The notes: generated by a model not told the origin, from the sequence alone. Counted from the first letter of the stretch, positions 1-10,519 are shown. The stretch is 64,000 nucleotides of DNA from Aggregatilineales bacterium (GCA_029976025.1 JARKNX010000109.1:3085-67084), one strand, 5' to 3'. Numbers and translations are program-made.

Positions 1-735
1 CTGCTCCGGGGTTCTGAGATCGCCATGGTCTTTCAGGACCCGATGACCTCCCTCAATCCGGTGCTGACAATCGGCCACCAGATCACGGAAGCGCTCAAGC
101 TGCACCTGGGGATGGACAACGCCCAGGCCCGGGAGCGCGCCGCTGAGCTGCTGGCGATGGTCGGCATCCCCAGCGCCAAGAGCCGGCTGGATGATTACCC
201 GCATCAGTTCTCCGGCGGCATGCGCCAGCGCGCCATGATCGCCATGGCCCTTTCCTGCAACCCGCAGCTCCTGATCGCCGACGAGCCGACTACGGCGCTG
301 GACGTGACTATCCAGGCTCAGATTCTGGACCTGGTGCGGCGCCTGCGCGACAAGATCGGTATGGCGATGATCTGGATCACGCACGATCTGGGTGTGGTGG
401 CTGGCCTGGCCGACACGCTGCAGGTGATGTACGCCGGCTATATTATCGAGCGCGGCCCCAACGCAGCCGTCTTTGGCGATACCCGCCACCCGTACACCCT
501 GGGCCTGCTCAAGTCGCTGCCGCGTATTGATGCCAAGGGCGACAAATTGTTTTCAATTGAGGGCGCCCCGCCTGATCTGCGTATTGAGCCTAAGGGCTGC
601 CCGTTTGCGCCACGCTGCCAGTACCGTATTGAGCGGTGCCTCCAGGAGAATCCCCAGTTGAAACCGGCGGACGGCAGCGTAGAGGGTCATATCGTGGCCT
701 GCTGGGTGGATGTACGGGAGGGAGTGACGGCATGA
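1..735 (+). CDS. Oligopeptide/dipeptide ABC transporter ATP-binding protein (OppD/DppD type); 5' end lies outside the window
   Basis: Reading frame is open to the window edge. ABC signature FSGGMRQR, Walker [14 protein letters not shown]-loop ITHDLG, and an Opp-type C-terminal extension with CPFAPRC. Confidence 0.9.
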   Translation: MLRGSEIAMVFQDPMTSLNPVLTIGHQITEALKLHLGMDNAQARERAAELLAMVGIPSAKSRLDDYPHQFSGGMRQRAMIAMALSCNPQLLIADEPTTALDVTIQAQILDLVRRLRDKIGMAMIWITHDLGVVAGLADTLQVMYAGYIIERGPNAAVFGDTRHPYTLGLLKSLPRIDAKGDKLFSIEGAPPDLRIEPKGCPFAPRCQYRIERCLQENPQLKPADGSVEGHIVACWVDVREGVTA

Positions 736-1742
736 CCGACAACGGCAACGGGCGGAAAGCCAAAAAAGAAATCCTGCTCAAGGTTGAGGGGCTGAAGAAA
801 TACTTCCCCATTACCTCTGGCCTGATCATCCAGAAGCATACCGGCGATGTGAAGGCGGTGGACGATGTCAGCTTCCACGTCTACCGGGGCGAGACGCTGG
901 GGCTGGTGGGGGAATCCGGCTGCGGCAAGAGCACGACCGGCCGCACCGTCCTCCAGCTCTACCGGCCTACCGCCGGCAAGGTGGAGTTCGAAGGGGTAGA
1001 CCTGACGACGCTCAAAGGCGAAGACCTGCGCAAGATGCGCCGCCGGATGCAGATGATCTTCCAGGACCCCTACGCCTCCCTTAACCCGCGTATGACGGTC
1101 GGGCGTATCATCAGCGAGCCGCTGCAGGTGCACCATGTCAGCAACTCCAACAAGGAGCGGCAGGAGCGGGTCGAGTATCTGATGTCGAAGGTAGGGCTGA
1201 ACCCCTACTTCATCAACCGCTACCCGCACGAATTTTCCGGCGGTCAGCGTCAGCGTATCGGCATCGCCCGCGCCCTGGCGCTGGACCCGTCGTTCATTGT
1301 CTGCGACGAGCCAATTTCGGCCCTGGACGTATCCATCCAGGCGCAGGTGGTCAACCTGCTGGAAGACCTGCAGGATGACCTGGGGCTGACCTACCTGTTC
1401 ATCGCCCACGACCTGAGCATGGTGCGGCATATCTGCGACCGCGTGGCCGTGATGTATCTGGGCAAGATTGTCGAAGTGGCTGAGACTCAGGAGCTGTACA
1501 CCAACCCCCTGCACCCTTACACGCAGGCGCTGCTTTCAGCCGTCCCTGTGCCGGACCCCAAGGTGGAGCAACATCGCAAGCGTATCATTCTCAAAGGCGA
1601 TGTGCCGACGCCGATCAACCCACCCAAGGGCTGCAATTTCAACACGCGCTGCCCGGTGGCGGTGGATGTCTGTTACGGCGACGACCCGGTGCTGGAGGAA
1701 GTCCTCCCGGAACACTGGGTAGCCTGTTACCGGGTCAGCTAA
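732..1742 (+). CDS. Oligopeptide/dipeptide ABC transporter ATP-binding protein (OppF/DppF type)
   Basis: Walker [10 protein letters not shown], signature FSGGQRQR, Walker [14 protein letters not shown]-terminal CNFNTRCP motif. ATG at 732 overlaps the upstream stop (ATGA), so the 636 start in the ORF track is unlikely. Confidence 0.9.
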   Translation: MTDNGNGRKAKKEILLKVEGLKKYFPITSGLIIQKHTGDVKAVDDVSFHVYRGETLGLVGESGCGKSTTGRTVLQLYRPTAGKVEFEGVDLTTLKGEDLRKMRRRMQMIFQDPYASLNPRMTVGRIISEPLQVHHVSNSNKERQERVEYLMSKVGLNPYFINRYPHEFSGGQRQRIGIARALALDPSFIVCDEPISALDVSIQAQVVNLLEDLQDDLGLTYLFIAHDLSMVRHICDRVAVMYLGKIVEVAETQELYTNPLHPYTQALLSAVPVPDPKVEQHRKRIILKGDVPTPINPPKGCNFNTRCPVAVDVCYGDDPVLEEVLPEHWVACYRVS

Positions 1743-1750
1743 CCGGAGGC

Positions 1751-2209
1751 ATGTCAAAAGCACAGCCGCAAGTTGCGCATGGGGTCGTGAAATATCAAAT
1801 ACAGGAGTTCCGTCGAGTGAAGGAAAGACGCGCCTTGCTGGCGCTGCTGCTTGTGGTTGGGGTGCTCAGCCTGGCGGCGCTGGCCTGTAATTCCGATCAG
1901 GAATGGATCATTCCTCGCACTGCCACACCAACGATCACCCCGTCGCCACTGCCGATCTCTATGGAAACCCGCTTCCAGGTGGGCGACCGGGTGATCGTTG
2001 TGGCGGAGGGCACGACGTTCATGATCTACCAGACCAACCTGCCGGAACCCGATCGCCGGAATAACCGCGTGATGGGCAGCAGTTGTTTCCCCAACACGAC
2101 CGTGACTATTCTGGATGTGGCGCAGGGAGCCGACGGCGATATCTTCTACAAGGTGCGCTGCACCCTGGATGGCTGGCTGCCAGAAGCTAACCTGGCGCCT
2201 GCCGAATGA
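1751..2209 (+). CDS. Hypothetical membrane-anchored/secreted protein with a small SH3-like C-terminal domain
   Basis: Hydrophobic helix LLALLLVVGVLSLAALAC, then a Pro/Thr linker and a beta-rich segment (GDRVIVV...FYKVRC..DGWLP). Embedded in the opp operon. Start uncertain; an internal GTG near 1817 is possible. Confidence 0.5.
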   Translation: MSKAQPQVAHGVVKYQIQEFRRVKERRALLALLLVVGVLSLAALACNSDQEWIIPRTATPTITPSPLPISMETRFQVGDRVIVVAEGTTFMIYQTNLPEPDRRNNRVMGSSCFPNTTVTILDVAQGADGDIFYKVRCTLDGWLPEANLAPAE

Positions 2210-2236
2210 GGCAAAGGATAGAGGAGTAATACAGGT

Positions 2237-3220
2237 ATGGGAAAATACCTTATCCGTCGTATCCTGGTCGCCATCCCGGTGCTGCTGGCGATCATCTTTT
2301 TCACTTTTGTCGTCATCCGCGCGACGCCGGGCGGCCCGTTTGATGTGGCGGGCGAAGGGCGGCGCGTGCCGCAGTCGGTGATTGACGGCCTCAACCGCCA
2401 GTACGGGCTGGACCAGCCTATCCTGACCCAGTTCATCAGTTACCTGGGCAGCGTGCTACAACTGGACTTCGGCCCCTCTCTGGGGCGCTCCACGCTCGGC
2501 CAGCCAGTGAACGACATCATCGCGCGCGGGCTGCCGGTGTCGATGCAGGTCGGCGTCATGGCCGTGGTCTTCGGCTTCGTGATCGGCATCCCGCTGGGTG
2601 TGCTGGCGGCTATCCATCACAACACCATCATTGACTACGGGGCGACTTTCATCGCCGTGGTCGGGACCTCCGTCCCTTCCCTGGTGATCGGCCCGCTGTT
2701 GATCATCATCTTCGCGGTGGGGCTGAACTGGCTGCCCGTGGCCGATGTCAACGGCGTCTGGCGGAGCACGCTCACTAACCCCGGCCTGTTTTTCACCTGG
2801 GATTACATCAGCCTGGCGATTCTACCGGTGGGCGCGCTGGGGATCGGCATGGTCGCCGGCATCACCCGCCTGACCCGGGCCAGCCTGCTGCAGGTTATGC
2901 GGGAGGACTATATCCGCACCGCGCGCGCCAAGGGCCTCAAGGAGCGCACCGTCATCTACCGGCATTCGCTGAAGAACGCCCTGATTCCGGTGGCGACTAT
3001 CCTCGGGCCGCTGCTGGCGGGGGTGCTGACCGGGTCCTTCATCATCGAGCGCATTTTCAACATCCCCGGAATCGGTGGCGAGTTCGTGAAGAGCGTTTCC
3101 AGCCGCGACTATAACCTGCTGGTCGGGGTGACCATTATTTACTCGGTCCTCCTGATCGCCGGCAACATCATGGTCGATGTTATGTACACCTGGCTGGATC
3201 CCCGCATTCGGTTTGATTAG
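2237..3220 (+). CDS. Peptide ABC transporter permease (OppB/DppB type)
   Basis: Multi-TM protein with a typical N-terminus (YLIRRILVAIPVLLAIIFFTFVVIR) and an EAA-like loop (YIRTARAKGL). Confidence 0.9.
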   Translation: MGKYLIRRILVAIPVLLAIIFFTFVVIRATPGGPFDVAGEGRRVPQSVIDGLNRQYGLDQPILTQFISYLGSVLQLDFGPSLGRSTLGQPVNDIIARGLPVSMQVGVMAVVFGFVIGIPLGVLAAIHHNTIIDYGATFIAVVGTSVPSLVIGPLLIIIFAVGLNWLPVADVNGVWRSTLTNPGLFFTWDYISLAILPVGALGIGMVAGITRLTRASLLQVMREDYIRTARAKGLKERTVIYRHSLKNALIPVATILGPLLAGVLTGSFIIERIFNIPGIGGEFVKSVSSRDYNLLVGVTIIYSVLLIAGNIMVDVMYTWLDPRIRFD

Positions 3221-3232
3221 GGAGTAACCATC

Positions 3233-4276
3233 ATGGCTGTTTCTGACAGCGCCAAGCCTCTTGTGCTGGCCGAAGAAGAACATTACCCCTCACGCTCCCT
3301 CTTTCAGGATTCAATGCGCCGGCTGTTCCGCAACCGGGCTGCGGTCGTTTCCATCGTGATTATCGGCTTCCTGGCTGTTCTGGCGCTGACGGCCGATATC
3401 CTGCAAGGCGCCGGGGTGATTGATAACTACGCTACACAGCACCGGGGCTCCAGCCTGGCCGAGCCGCTGACCTGCGCCGTCGATGGCGACAAGGATGGCG
3501 ACGGCGTGCCGGACCCGGTGCAGTTCTGCTTCCTGTTCGGGGCCGACCGGCTGGGGCGCGATCTGTTCAGCCGCGTGGTGTACGGCGCGCGGGTGTCGCT
3601 GCTGGTGGCCGTGGTCGGCGCGACCATTTCGCTGTCTATCGGCACGGTTTACGGCGTGGTCTCCGGCTTTTACGGCGGCAAAATCGATAACGGGATGATG
3701 CGCCTGGTTGACTTCCTGTACGGCATCCCGATGCTGCCGCTGATCATCATCATGCAGGTGTACTTCCGCGGCCTGCGCGAACACGCCGACCAGGTCGGCG
3801 GGCTGGGCCTGACTATGGTCCGGATCGACCAGTCGATGGGCGGCCTGTTTTTCCTGTTTATCGCGCTCGGCCTGCTGAACTGGATCGGCATGGCCCGTAT
3901 GGCGCGCGGACAGGTGCTGTCGTACAAACAGAAGGAATTTGTCGAGGCGGCGCGTTCTATCGGCGCGGGCGACCGGCGGATTATCTTCACCCATCTGCTG
4001 CCTAATATCATCGGTCCGCTGATTGTGGCAGAAGCGCTGGCTATCCCCGGGTATATCTTCACTGAGGCGATGCTGAGCTTCCTGGGGCTGGGCGTCAACC
4101 CGCCCACGCCAAGCTGGGGCGCGCTGATCACCAACGCCATCGACGAAGGCGCGATCAAGTTCCGGACACATCTGCTGCTGATACCGGCCTTCGCCCTTTC
4201 GGTGACGACGCTGGCCTTCAACTTCTTCGGCGACGGCCTGCGCGACGCGCTCGATCCGCGCATGGCCGGGGAATAG
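3233..4276 (+). CDS. Peptide ABC transporter permease (OppC/DppC type)
   Basis: Multi-TM BPD-transporter fold with conserved EFVEAARSIGAGDRRIIFTHLLPN and C-terminal GDGLRDALDPR. Confidence 0.9.
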   Translation: MAVSDSAKPLVLAEEEHYPSRSLFQDSMRRLFRNRAAVVSIVIIGFLAVLALTADILQGAGVIDNYATQHRGSSLAEPLTCAVDGDKDGDGVPDPVQFCFLFGADRLGRDLFSRVVYGARVSLLVAVVGATISLSIGTVYGVVSGFYGGKIDNGMMRLVDFLYGIPMLPLIIIMQVYFRGLREHADQVGGLGLTMVRIDQSMGGLFFLFIALGLLNWIGMARMARGQVLSYKQKEFVEAARSIGAGDRRIIFTHLLPNIIGPLIVAEALAIPGYIFTEAMLSFLGLGVNPPTPSWGALITNAIDEGAIKFRTHLLLIPAFALSVTTLAFNFFGDGLRDALDPRMAGE

Positions 4277-4283
4277 GGGAAAG

Positions 4284-4317
4284 CAGGAACCGCAGAATCG
4301 CAGAGGGCACAGAGAAA
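4284..4317 (+). repeat. Intergenic repeat family A, copy 1 (CAGGAACCGCA...GCAGAGGGCACRGAGAAA)
   Basis: caggaaccgcagaatcgcagagggcacagagaaa. A near-identical copy lies at 16563-16597. Confidence 0.7.
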
Positions 4318-4403
4318 TCACTCTTTCCTCTCATGTGCCGGGGGAAGCATACAGCTCCAGCCTGATGGAGCGGGCTTCTGTCGCCAGGCAAAGCGTGCTG
4401 AAA

Positions 4404-4426
4404 TCTGCGGTTCCCCTCTTTCTCTG
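4404..4426 (-). repeat. Family A sub-motifs in inverted orientation
   Basis: The reverse complement reads cagagaaagaggggaaccgcaga, which contains the AGAGAAA and GGAACCGCAGA blocks. It lies about 90 nt from copy 1. Confidence 0.5.
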
Positions 4427-4528
4427 GCTGCCGCCGCACGGGCGTTCAATCGAACGCCCGGCCTGACTGCCCGGCTTTCTCCGTTTTTCCTTTGCGCTCT
4501 CCGCGTCCCTGCGATCCCCGGTTTTTAG

Positions 4529-5566
4529 CTACTCCCGGGTCTCCACCTCATCGCCGTGCCCGGCGACCAGGACATCCAGGGCCAGGACAAGGTCGGTCCG
4601 GCCGGTTTTGACTTCGCGGTCGATCTCCAGCAGACGATGGTAAATTGCCTCCAGATCGCGCAGGGTGAAGTTGCGGCTCTGCCGCTCGATTTTCTCCGCC
4701 ACGAACTTGTGCAGGCGCAGGGCCTCAGCCAGCGCCCCGCCATACCCCCGGCCGCGGTCCAGATGTTCGCGGGCCTGGATCAAAAGCCGGAACTGGCGCA
4801 CGATCATGCCGAACAGGCTGAGGACTGCCCCCGTGTCATCCCCTGTGGCTTTAAGCTGGCGGTGCAGCGCGCGGAGGGCGGTCTGGCTGTCGCGCTGGCC
4901 GATGGCGTCCACCATCGTGAAGATGAGCGATTCCGGGAAGTAGGTGTGGGAAGTCAGAGCGGCCACAGCGTCCTCGCGCGCTACCCCTCCGTCGCCGACA
5001 TAGGCGGCCAGCTTGAACAACTCCCCGTCCAGGCGGATCAGGTCGCCCCCGCTCAGGGCGGTCAGCATGGCCGCCGCTGCCGGCTCGATGGTGATGCCGT
5101 AATGGCCGGCGCGGCTGATGATCCAGGCCGGGACCTGCTGTAAAGGCGGGAGGGCGAAGAGGCGGACGAAGCCGCGCGGATCGGCGCGAGCGGCCTTGAG
5201 CACGGGGTGGGTCTCCTTGAGCGCCTCGCGTTCCACAAACACCAGCCGGGCGGTATCGGGCAGCGTGGAGAGCTGCCCGACAATGCGGGCCAGAGTTTCC
5301 TTGCCGGCGCTGCCCGCGCCGGAGCGGGCCAGCCAGCTCAGCCAGCCGGAGACGATCACCAGCCGGCGATCGCTGAGGAAGGGGACGGCGCAGGCGGCGT
5401 TGAACACATCGGCGACATCGGCGTTCCGGCCGTCAAAGGTCATGGTATTGAGGTCGGCTGTGCCGGTGTCATCCATGCGGGCGCGCATCTCGGCCACATA
5501 CGCCTCGCGGTCGAAGGCGTTGTCGCCGTGCAGGATGTAAAAAGTGGGGGCGGGTCTGGCGGCCAT
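4529..5566 (-). CDS. holA: DNA polymerase III delta subunit
   Basis: 345 aa. N-terminus FYILHGDN..., then a delta-subunit-like layout of an alpha/beta domain followed by helical domains. Confidence 0.75.
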   Translation of the reverse strand: MAARPAPTFYILHGDNAFDREAYVAEMRARMDDTGTADLNTMTFDGRNADVADVFNAACAVPFLSDRRLVIVSGWLSWLARSGAGSAGKETLARIVGQLSTLPDTARLVFVEREALKETHPVLKAARADPRGFVRLFALPPLQQVPAWIISRAGHYGITIEPAAAAMLTALSGGDLIRLDGELFKLAAYVGDGGVAREDAVAALTSHTYFPESLIFTMVDAIGQRDSQTALRALHRQLKATGDDTGAVLSLFGMIVRQFRLLIQAREHLDRGRGYGGALAEALRLHKFVAEKIERQSRNFTLRDLEAIYHRLLEIDREVKTGRTDLVLALDVLVAGHGDEVETRE

Positions 5567-5773
5567 TGTTCATCCGATGCGCGGCGGATACAGAGGCAGG
5601 GCTGCCGCAGCACTCATTATGCCGCGACAGCCGCGGAGATTCAAACCGCCCGGCCTGTAATGCGGGCGCTTGCAGTTTAAAAATCCCTTTTCAGGCAGGA
5701 AAAACATAACTCGTGTACACTGGGAGGCAGGACTTTTTTCTGAACAGCGGGAAGGCAAAAGGTAAGGAAACTT

Positions 5774-7156
5774 ATGTCTCAGGATCAAATCCGGCAGATA
5801 CAACAACTTATCAGCGCGGGGCGCTTCGCCGAAGCCCGCGCCATCCTGCAAAGTATCGACCGGCCAGATATACCACAGCTTCTGGCCCAACTGGATGCGA
5901 TGGAGCGCGCCGCAGCGGCCGCACAGCCGCAGCCCGTGACACAGACCGAATCGACCGCGGATTACCTGAACCGGCTGGATGACACCGGCGGCGAAGCCGC
6001 CGCGGCGGCAGGGCCGGCGACCCCGGCTCCGGAGGCGCCTCGCCACTCCCGGAAGGGGGAGCTAACCGGCACGGACGCGGAAGGCCGGCGTATCTACTAC
6101 GAAGGCACATATGAGATGCTGTGGGACTGCCAGTACTGCGGCACGAAGAAGCTGCTCGGCAAGACCCACCGCTTTTGCCCCAACTGCGGCGCGGCCCAGA
6201 ATCCGGACTCGCGCTACTTCCCGTCGGAGGAAGAGCAGATCGCTGTCGAGGATCATGTGTTCGTCGGCGCGGATATCACCTGCAAATCGTGCGGCACGCT
6301 CAACAGCGGCAACGCCGAATTTTGCGGCAACTGCGGCTCCCCGCTGACCGATTCCGCGCGGGCCAGGACGCAGGCCGAGCAGGTCCGCGGCGCGGGCGAG
6401 CACTTCGCCTCCAGCGGGTCGCGCGATATCGCCAAAGAGCGCTTCGACGCGGAGATGGAGCGCGTCGGGGTCAGGCCCAAAGCTGGCAAGAAAGGCCTCC
6501 CCCGCTGGGCGATCGCCCTGATCATCGGTCTGGTCGTGCTGCTCTGCGGCGGCGTGCTGGTCTCCACGCTGTGGACTAAAGAGGCGGGCGTGGTGCTCAC
6601 CGGCCACTCGTGGGAGCGGACGATCTTTGTCGAGCAGTACGGCCCGGTGAATGAGAATGAGTGGTGCAGCAGTATGCCCGGCGGGGCGTACAACGTATCG
6701 CGGCGGCAGGAGATTCAGAGCTACCGCCAGGTCCCCGATGGCGAGGACTGCCAGATGGTGCGCGTCGATAGCGGCGACGGCACCTTCCGCACTGAGCAGC
6801 GCTGCCAGACGCGCTACCGCGATGAGCCGGTTTACGCCGACAGGTGCTACTACACGATTGACCGCTGGAGCGATTCGCGGACGGCCCGATCTTCCGGCAG
6901 CAGCCAGTCGGATGCGCCTTACTGGCCGGAGCTGAACCTGAACTGCGAGGGGCAGACCCGCGCCGGCTGCGAGCGCGAACGCAACCGCGAAGGGCGTTAT
7001 GTCCTGATCCTGCACAACACTGACGAGAATAAGGAATACACCTGCGAGGTGACGCAAGAACGCTGGCAGTCTGCCCCGCTCGAATCCCGCTGGCAGCTTC
7101 AGGTGGGCGGGGTGATGGGCGACGCCCGCTGCGATACGCTGGAACCGGCGCGGTAA
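5774..7156 (+). CDS. Zinc-ribbon membrane protein with a short TPR-like N-terminal helical module
   Basis: Two CxxC...CxxC pairs (CQYCGT..CPNCG, CKSCGT..CGNCG), one TM helix (WAIALIIGLVVLLCGGVLV), and a Cys-rich extracytoplasmic C-terminal domain. Confidence 0.6.
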   Translation: MSQDQIRQIQQLISAGRFAEARAILQSIDRPDIPQLLAQLDAMERAAAAAQPQPVTQTESTADYLNRLDDTGGEAAAAAGPATPAPEAPRHSRKGELTGTDAEGRRIYYEGTYEMLWDCQYCGTKKLLGKTHRFCPNCGAAQNPDSRYFPSEEEQIAVEDHVFVGADITCKSCGTLNSGNAEFCGNCGSPLTDSARARTQAEQVRGAGEHFASSGSRDIAKERFDAEMERVGVRPKAGKKGLPRWAIALIIGLVVLLCGGVLVSTLWTKEAGVVLTGHSWERTIFVEQYGPVNENEWCSSMPGGAYNVSRRQEIQSYRQVPDGEDCQMVRVDSGDGTFRTEQRCQTRYRDEPVYADRCYYTIDRWSDSRTARSSGSSQSDAPYWPELNLNCEGQTRAGCERERNREGRYVLILHNTDENKEYTCEVTQERWQSAPLESRWQLQVGGVMGDARCDTLEPAR

Positions 7157-7180
7157 GCAACCAGGAGGAGCGAGCGAATC

Positions 7181-8179
7181 ATGAAAGTCCTCTTCATCGG
7201 CGGGACGGGCAAGATCAGCGCGGCGGTCAGCCGCCTGGCCGTCGCGCGCGGGATCGATCTCTACCTGCTCAACCGGGGCGAACGGCTGCCGGATATCCCC
7301 GGCGCGACGCCCATCCGCGGCGATATCGGACGCCCGGAGGAGGTGCGCCGGGCGCTTGATGGACACCGCTTCGACGCGGTTGTGGACTGGATTGCCTACG
7401 TGCCGGCGGATATCCAGCGCGATCTGGATTTGTTCCGGGGGCGGGTCGGGCAGTTCGTGTTCATCAGCACGGCGGCCACCTACCAGAAGCCGCCGCTGCA
7501 CCCGGTAATTACCGAATCGACGCCGCAGGCCAACCCGGCCTGGCAGTACGGCCGCGATAAGATCGCCTGTGAAGAGCTGCTGCTGCGCGCCTACCGGGAG
7601 GAGGGCTTCCCGGTCACGATTGTCCGGCCGTCGCTCACCTACGATACCAACTTCCCGATCGCCATCGGCGGCTGGGATACGTACACCCTGCCGGATCGCC
7701 TGCTGCGCGGCAAGCCCCTGATTGTGCATGGGGACGGCTCGTCGCTGTGGACGGTGACCCATTCGGAGGACTTCGCCCGGGGCTTCGTGCCGCTGCTGGG
7801 GCACCCGCAGGCCATCGGTCACGCCTTCCATATCACATCCGACGAAATCCTGACCTGGAACCAGATTTATACGACTATTGCCGACGCGCTGGGTGTGGAG
7901 GCGACGCTGGTGCACATCCCCTCAGAGACGATCGCCCGCCTGGAGCCGTCGCTGGGGGCGGGGCTGCTCGGCGACAAGGCGTGGAGCGTGATCTTCGACA
8001 ACACCAAGATCAAGACCTTCGTGCCGGGCTTCACGGCCACGATCCCGTTTCATGAGGGCATCCGCCGGACGCTGGCCTGGTTCCAGGCGGACCCGGCCCG
8101 GCAGCGCGTGGACGAAGACGTGAACGCTACGATGGATCGCATCCTGGCCGCCTGGGGGCGGTTCACGGCGACGCTGTGA
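7181..8179 (+). CDS. NAD-dependent epimerase/dehydratase family (extended SDR) protein
   Basis: N-terminal Rossmann motif VLFIGGTGKIS and a YGRDK (YxxxK) catalytic motif; 332 aa. Confidence 0.8.
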   Translation: MKVLFIGGTGKISAAVSRLAVARGIDLYLLNRGERLPDIPGATPIRGDIGRPEEVRRALDGHRFDAVVDWIAYVPADIQRDLDLFRGRVGQFVFISTAATYQKPPLHPVITESTPQANPAWQYGRDKIACEELLLRAYREEGFPVTIVRPSLTYDTNFPIAIGGWDTYTLPDRLLRGKPLIVHGDGSSLWTVTHSEDFARGFVPLLGHPQAIGHAFHITSDEILTWNQIYTTIADALGVEATLVHIPSETIARLEPSLGAGLLGDKAWSVIFDNTKIKTFVPGFTATIPFHEGIRRTLAWFQADPARQRVDEDVNATMDRILAAWGRFTATL

Positions 8180-8411
8180 TCGCTCCGCAGGCGGTGGAGA
8201 GAATCTGTAACCGGCGCCGGGGCACATCCCCGGCGGAAGCACCTTGCTGGGTAACAGCCTGAGCAGTTCCATCTGCTCCATCGAAACAATCCAGCAGCCA
8301 GAGAAGGCGTCAGAAGAATCGGACGGGCCGCGAGGATGGTGCGTGGAGTCGGTTGGTTGTTGGCCGGGATGGCCAGCAACCCTTTCGTGGGAATTACCCG
8401 GGAGATAAGCT

Positions 8412-9926
8412 ATGCGAAAATTGTGGATAGGCGTGATGCTGGTGGCGCTGCTGGCGGCGGGATTGCCCGGCTATGCTCAGGGGGGCCGACAGCCAATCAC
8501 GGGGGACAACGCGACCCAACTGGTGGAGCTCATCCGCCTGGGGCGCGGCTCGTCGGACAGGGTCGCCTTTGCGCCCGACGGTGGGACGATAGCTGTCGCC
8601 AGCACGGTTGGCGTCTGGTTGTATCCGGCGGCAGGGGTGAGCACCGCGACGGAGCCGCCGCTGCTCGAGACGGCCAAACCGGTGAAGGGGCTGGCCTATA
8701 GCCCGGACGGCAGGACGCTGGCCGTCTCGTTTGGCGACGAAGTGCAGTTCTGGGATGTCGCCGCTATGCAGATGACCGGCTCGATGCGGCCAGCCCGCAG
8801 CTCTCAGGCGGTCGCCTACAGCCCCGATGGGAGCCTGCTGGCGATCAATATGGGCAGCGGCGGCATCAGCCTGTGGGATCTGGCCGCCGGGGCGGAGCGG
8901 TTGTTGATCACCGGCAGCATTCAGAGCGATGCGGCCGTTGTCTTCAGCCCGGATGGCAGCCTGCTGGCCGGCAGCACCACCGACTACAAGGGCCACCTGT
9001 GGCGCGTCGCCGATGGCAGTGAGGCAGCGCTCCTTGAGGGCCACTCGCGCTATCTGTACGACTTCGTCTTCAGCCCGGACAGCAGCGTGATCGCCACAGC
9101 AAGCTACGACAACACGGTGCGCATGTGGGACGTCGCCAGCGGAACTGAGCTGGCCTCCCTGGCCGGCACGGATGCGCAGCGCGTGGATGGCGCCTACGCC
9201 ATCGCCGTCAGCCCGGATGGCATGATGCTGGTCAGCGGCCACGCTAACGGCCTGGTCGTGGTCTGGGATGTCAACGCCATGGCTCCTGGCCGGGTGTTCG
9301 GCCCGGGATCCGGAACCGGCAATATCGTGGACCTGGCCTTCAGCCCGGACGGCGCGCAGATCGTGACGGTCAGCTCAGCGCCGGGCGTGATGCTATGGGA
9401 TGCGGCTTCTGGCGCCGAGATCGCGCGGGCGGTGGGGCATACCCCCTATGTCAGCGCGGCTGCCTTCAGCCCGGACAGCGCGGTGCTGGCTATCTCTGAC
9501 TGGGATGGGAATATCTGGCCGTGGAGCACGGCCGGGATGCAGGAGCTGAACTTCACTACGCCCGCCCCGGAACTGGTCAGCACGGGTCTGCGCAATGACC
9601 AGATGCTGGGCTACTCCCCCGATGGCAGCGTGTTGGCGGCTTCCAACGGTTTTGACGTGATCCTGCTGGACCCGGTCACCGGCGCGGAGCGGAGCCGGCT
9701 GACGGCCTGCTCGGGGACGTCGGAGAGCTTCGTCTTCAGCCCGGACAGCACCCTGCTGGCGGAAGCGAGCAGCAGCGGCGTATGCGTGTACAACCTGGCG
9801 ACGGGCCAGCAGATGGCGTTCTTCCCGGCGGGTGACTGGCTGAACACGGTGGACTGGAGTCCGGATCAGACGCTCATCGCCACGACAGGCAAGGACCACA
9901 CGGTACGCGTCTACGGCCTGCCCTGA
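8412..9926 (+). CDS. Secreted WD40-repeat beta-propeller protein
   Basis: Signal peptide (LWIGVMLVALLAAGLPGYAQG) followed by many repeats of the SPDG....AS.D.TVR.WD type. Confidence 0.85.
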   Translation: MRKLWIGVMLVALLAAGLPGYAQGGRQPITGDNATQLVELIRLGRGSSDRVAFAPDGGTIAVASTVGVWLYPAAGVSTATEPPLLETAKPVKGLAYSPDGRTLAVSFGDEVQFWDVAAMQMTGSMRPARSSQAVAYSPDGSLLAINMGSGGISLWDLAAGAERLLITGSIQSDAAVVFSPDGSLLAGSTTDYKGHLWRVADGSEAALLEGHSRYLYDFVFSPDSSVIATASYDNTVRMWDVASGTELASLAGTDAQRVDGAYAIAVSPDGMMLVSGHANGLVVVWDVNAMAPGRVFGPGSGTGNIVDLAFSPDGAQIVTVSSAPGVMLWDAASGAEIARAVGHTPYVSAAAFSPDSAVLAISDWDGNIWPWSTAGMQELNFTTPAPELVSTGLRNDQMLGYSPDGSVLAASNGFDVILLDPVTGAERSRLTACSGTSESFVFSPDSTLLAEASSSGVCVYNLATGQQMAFFPAGDWLNTVDWSPDQTLIATTGKDHTVRVYGLP

Positions 9927-9949
9927 CCGGCCTGACGGTTGAAATTCGA

Positions 9950-9992
9950 CGCCGGGGGTGCGCCCGCTGCTGATCGCGCCCCCGGCGTTTTT
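9950..9992 (+). terminator. Rho-independent terminator downstream of the WD40 gene
   Basis: 13-bp GC-rich stem (9950-9962 pairs with 9975-9987, one G-U wobble) followed directly by TTTTT (9988-9992). Confidence 0.8.
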
Positions 9993-10415
9993 GTGCCCCG
10001 CGGGGTGGAGCAGCAGGAGAGCCTCACGTCTGATGGCGCGCCGCTTCATCAGGTGCGGCCTGGCCGCCCTGTTTCTTTCTAACATAATTCTTATAAAATA
10101 GACTTGATTTATCTATAAATAGTGCTATGCTGATGCTAACTGATTGCTCAGCAGTCAGCCGCAGCGGCCCACCTTATCGCTCACAATCCTGCCCGTGGGC
10201 TCGCCTGCACAGACGAGGCTACCCGAACATTGTCTCAACCGGCGATGTGCGATCCCCCCCCTGTAGCGTCGTCTGTCCAGGCGAGTTCACATTTTCAGAC
10301 CCTTCGCACTCATTGAGCCCGCCGTGGCAGCATCACCATCGCGCCACAACTGTCGCGCCGTCGTCGTTGCTTTCGTCGCTCATCGCGCTCCGTTGTCACC
10401 TGTGATGCCGTCCTG

Positions 10416-10473
10416 CCTCCGGGGGCAGGCTACCCCGCCGCTCACGTTGTCGCCCGCGGCCTGTCCCCGGAGG
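10416..10473 (+). other. Long GC-rich hairpin inside a gene-free convergent gap
   Basis: CCTCCGGGGGCAGGC (10416-10430) pairs with GCCTGTCCCCGGAGG (10459-10473) with one mismatch. A T-rich stretch (ccgttgtttt) lies about 10 nt downstream. Confidence 0.5.
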
Positions 10474-10519
10474 GATACTTAGTCCGTTGTTTTGAGGGTC
10501 AACTTACTCTTATGAAGTC

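Noticed and set aside
636-731. Upstream extension of the OppF-type ORF (start at 636)
   Set aside because: The extension overlaps the 3' end of the OppD-type gene and encodes low-complexity sequence. ATG 732 gives the canonical ATGA coupling and an N-terminus typical of the family.
4440-4459. Perfect 8-bp hairpin GGGCGTTC-aatc-GAACGCCC downstream of holA
   Set aside because: It has no U-run on either strand, so it is not called as an intrinsic terminator. It may be part of the local repeat/palindrome cluster.
6062-7915. 617-aa minus-strand ORF spanning two plus-strand genes
   Set aside because: It is antisense to the well-supported zinc-ribbon and epimerase genes. Its composition is Arg/Ala/Gly/Pro-rich and low-complexity with no motifs. 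This is the typical GC-driven shadow ORF.
10127-10405. 92-aa ORF in the convergent intergenic gap
   Set aside because: It has no Shine-Dalgarno sequence and its Ser/Pro/Cys/His-rich composition is not protein-like. The region is better treated as a possible ncRNA.
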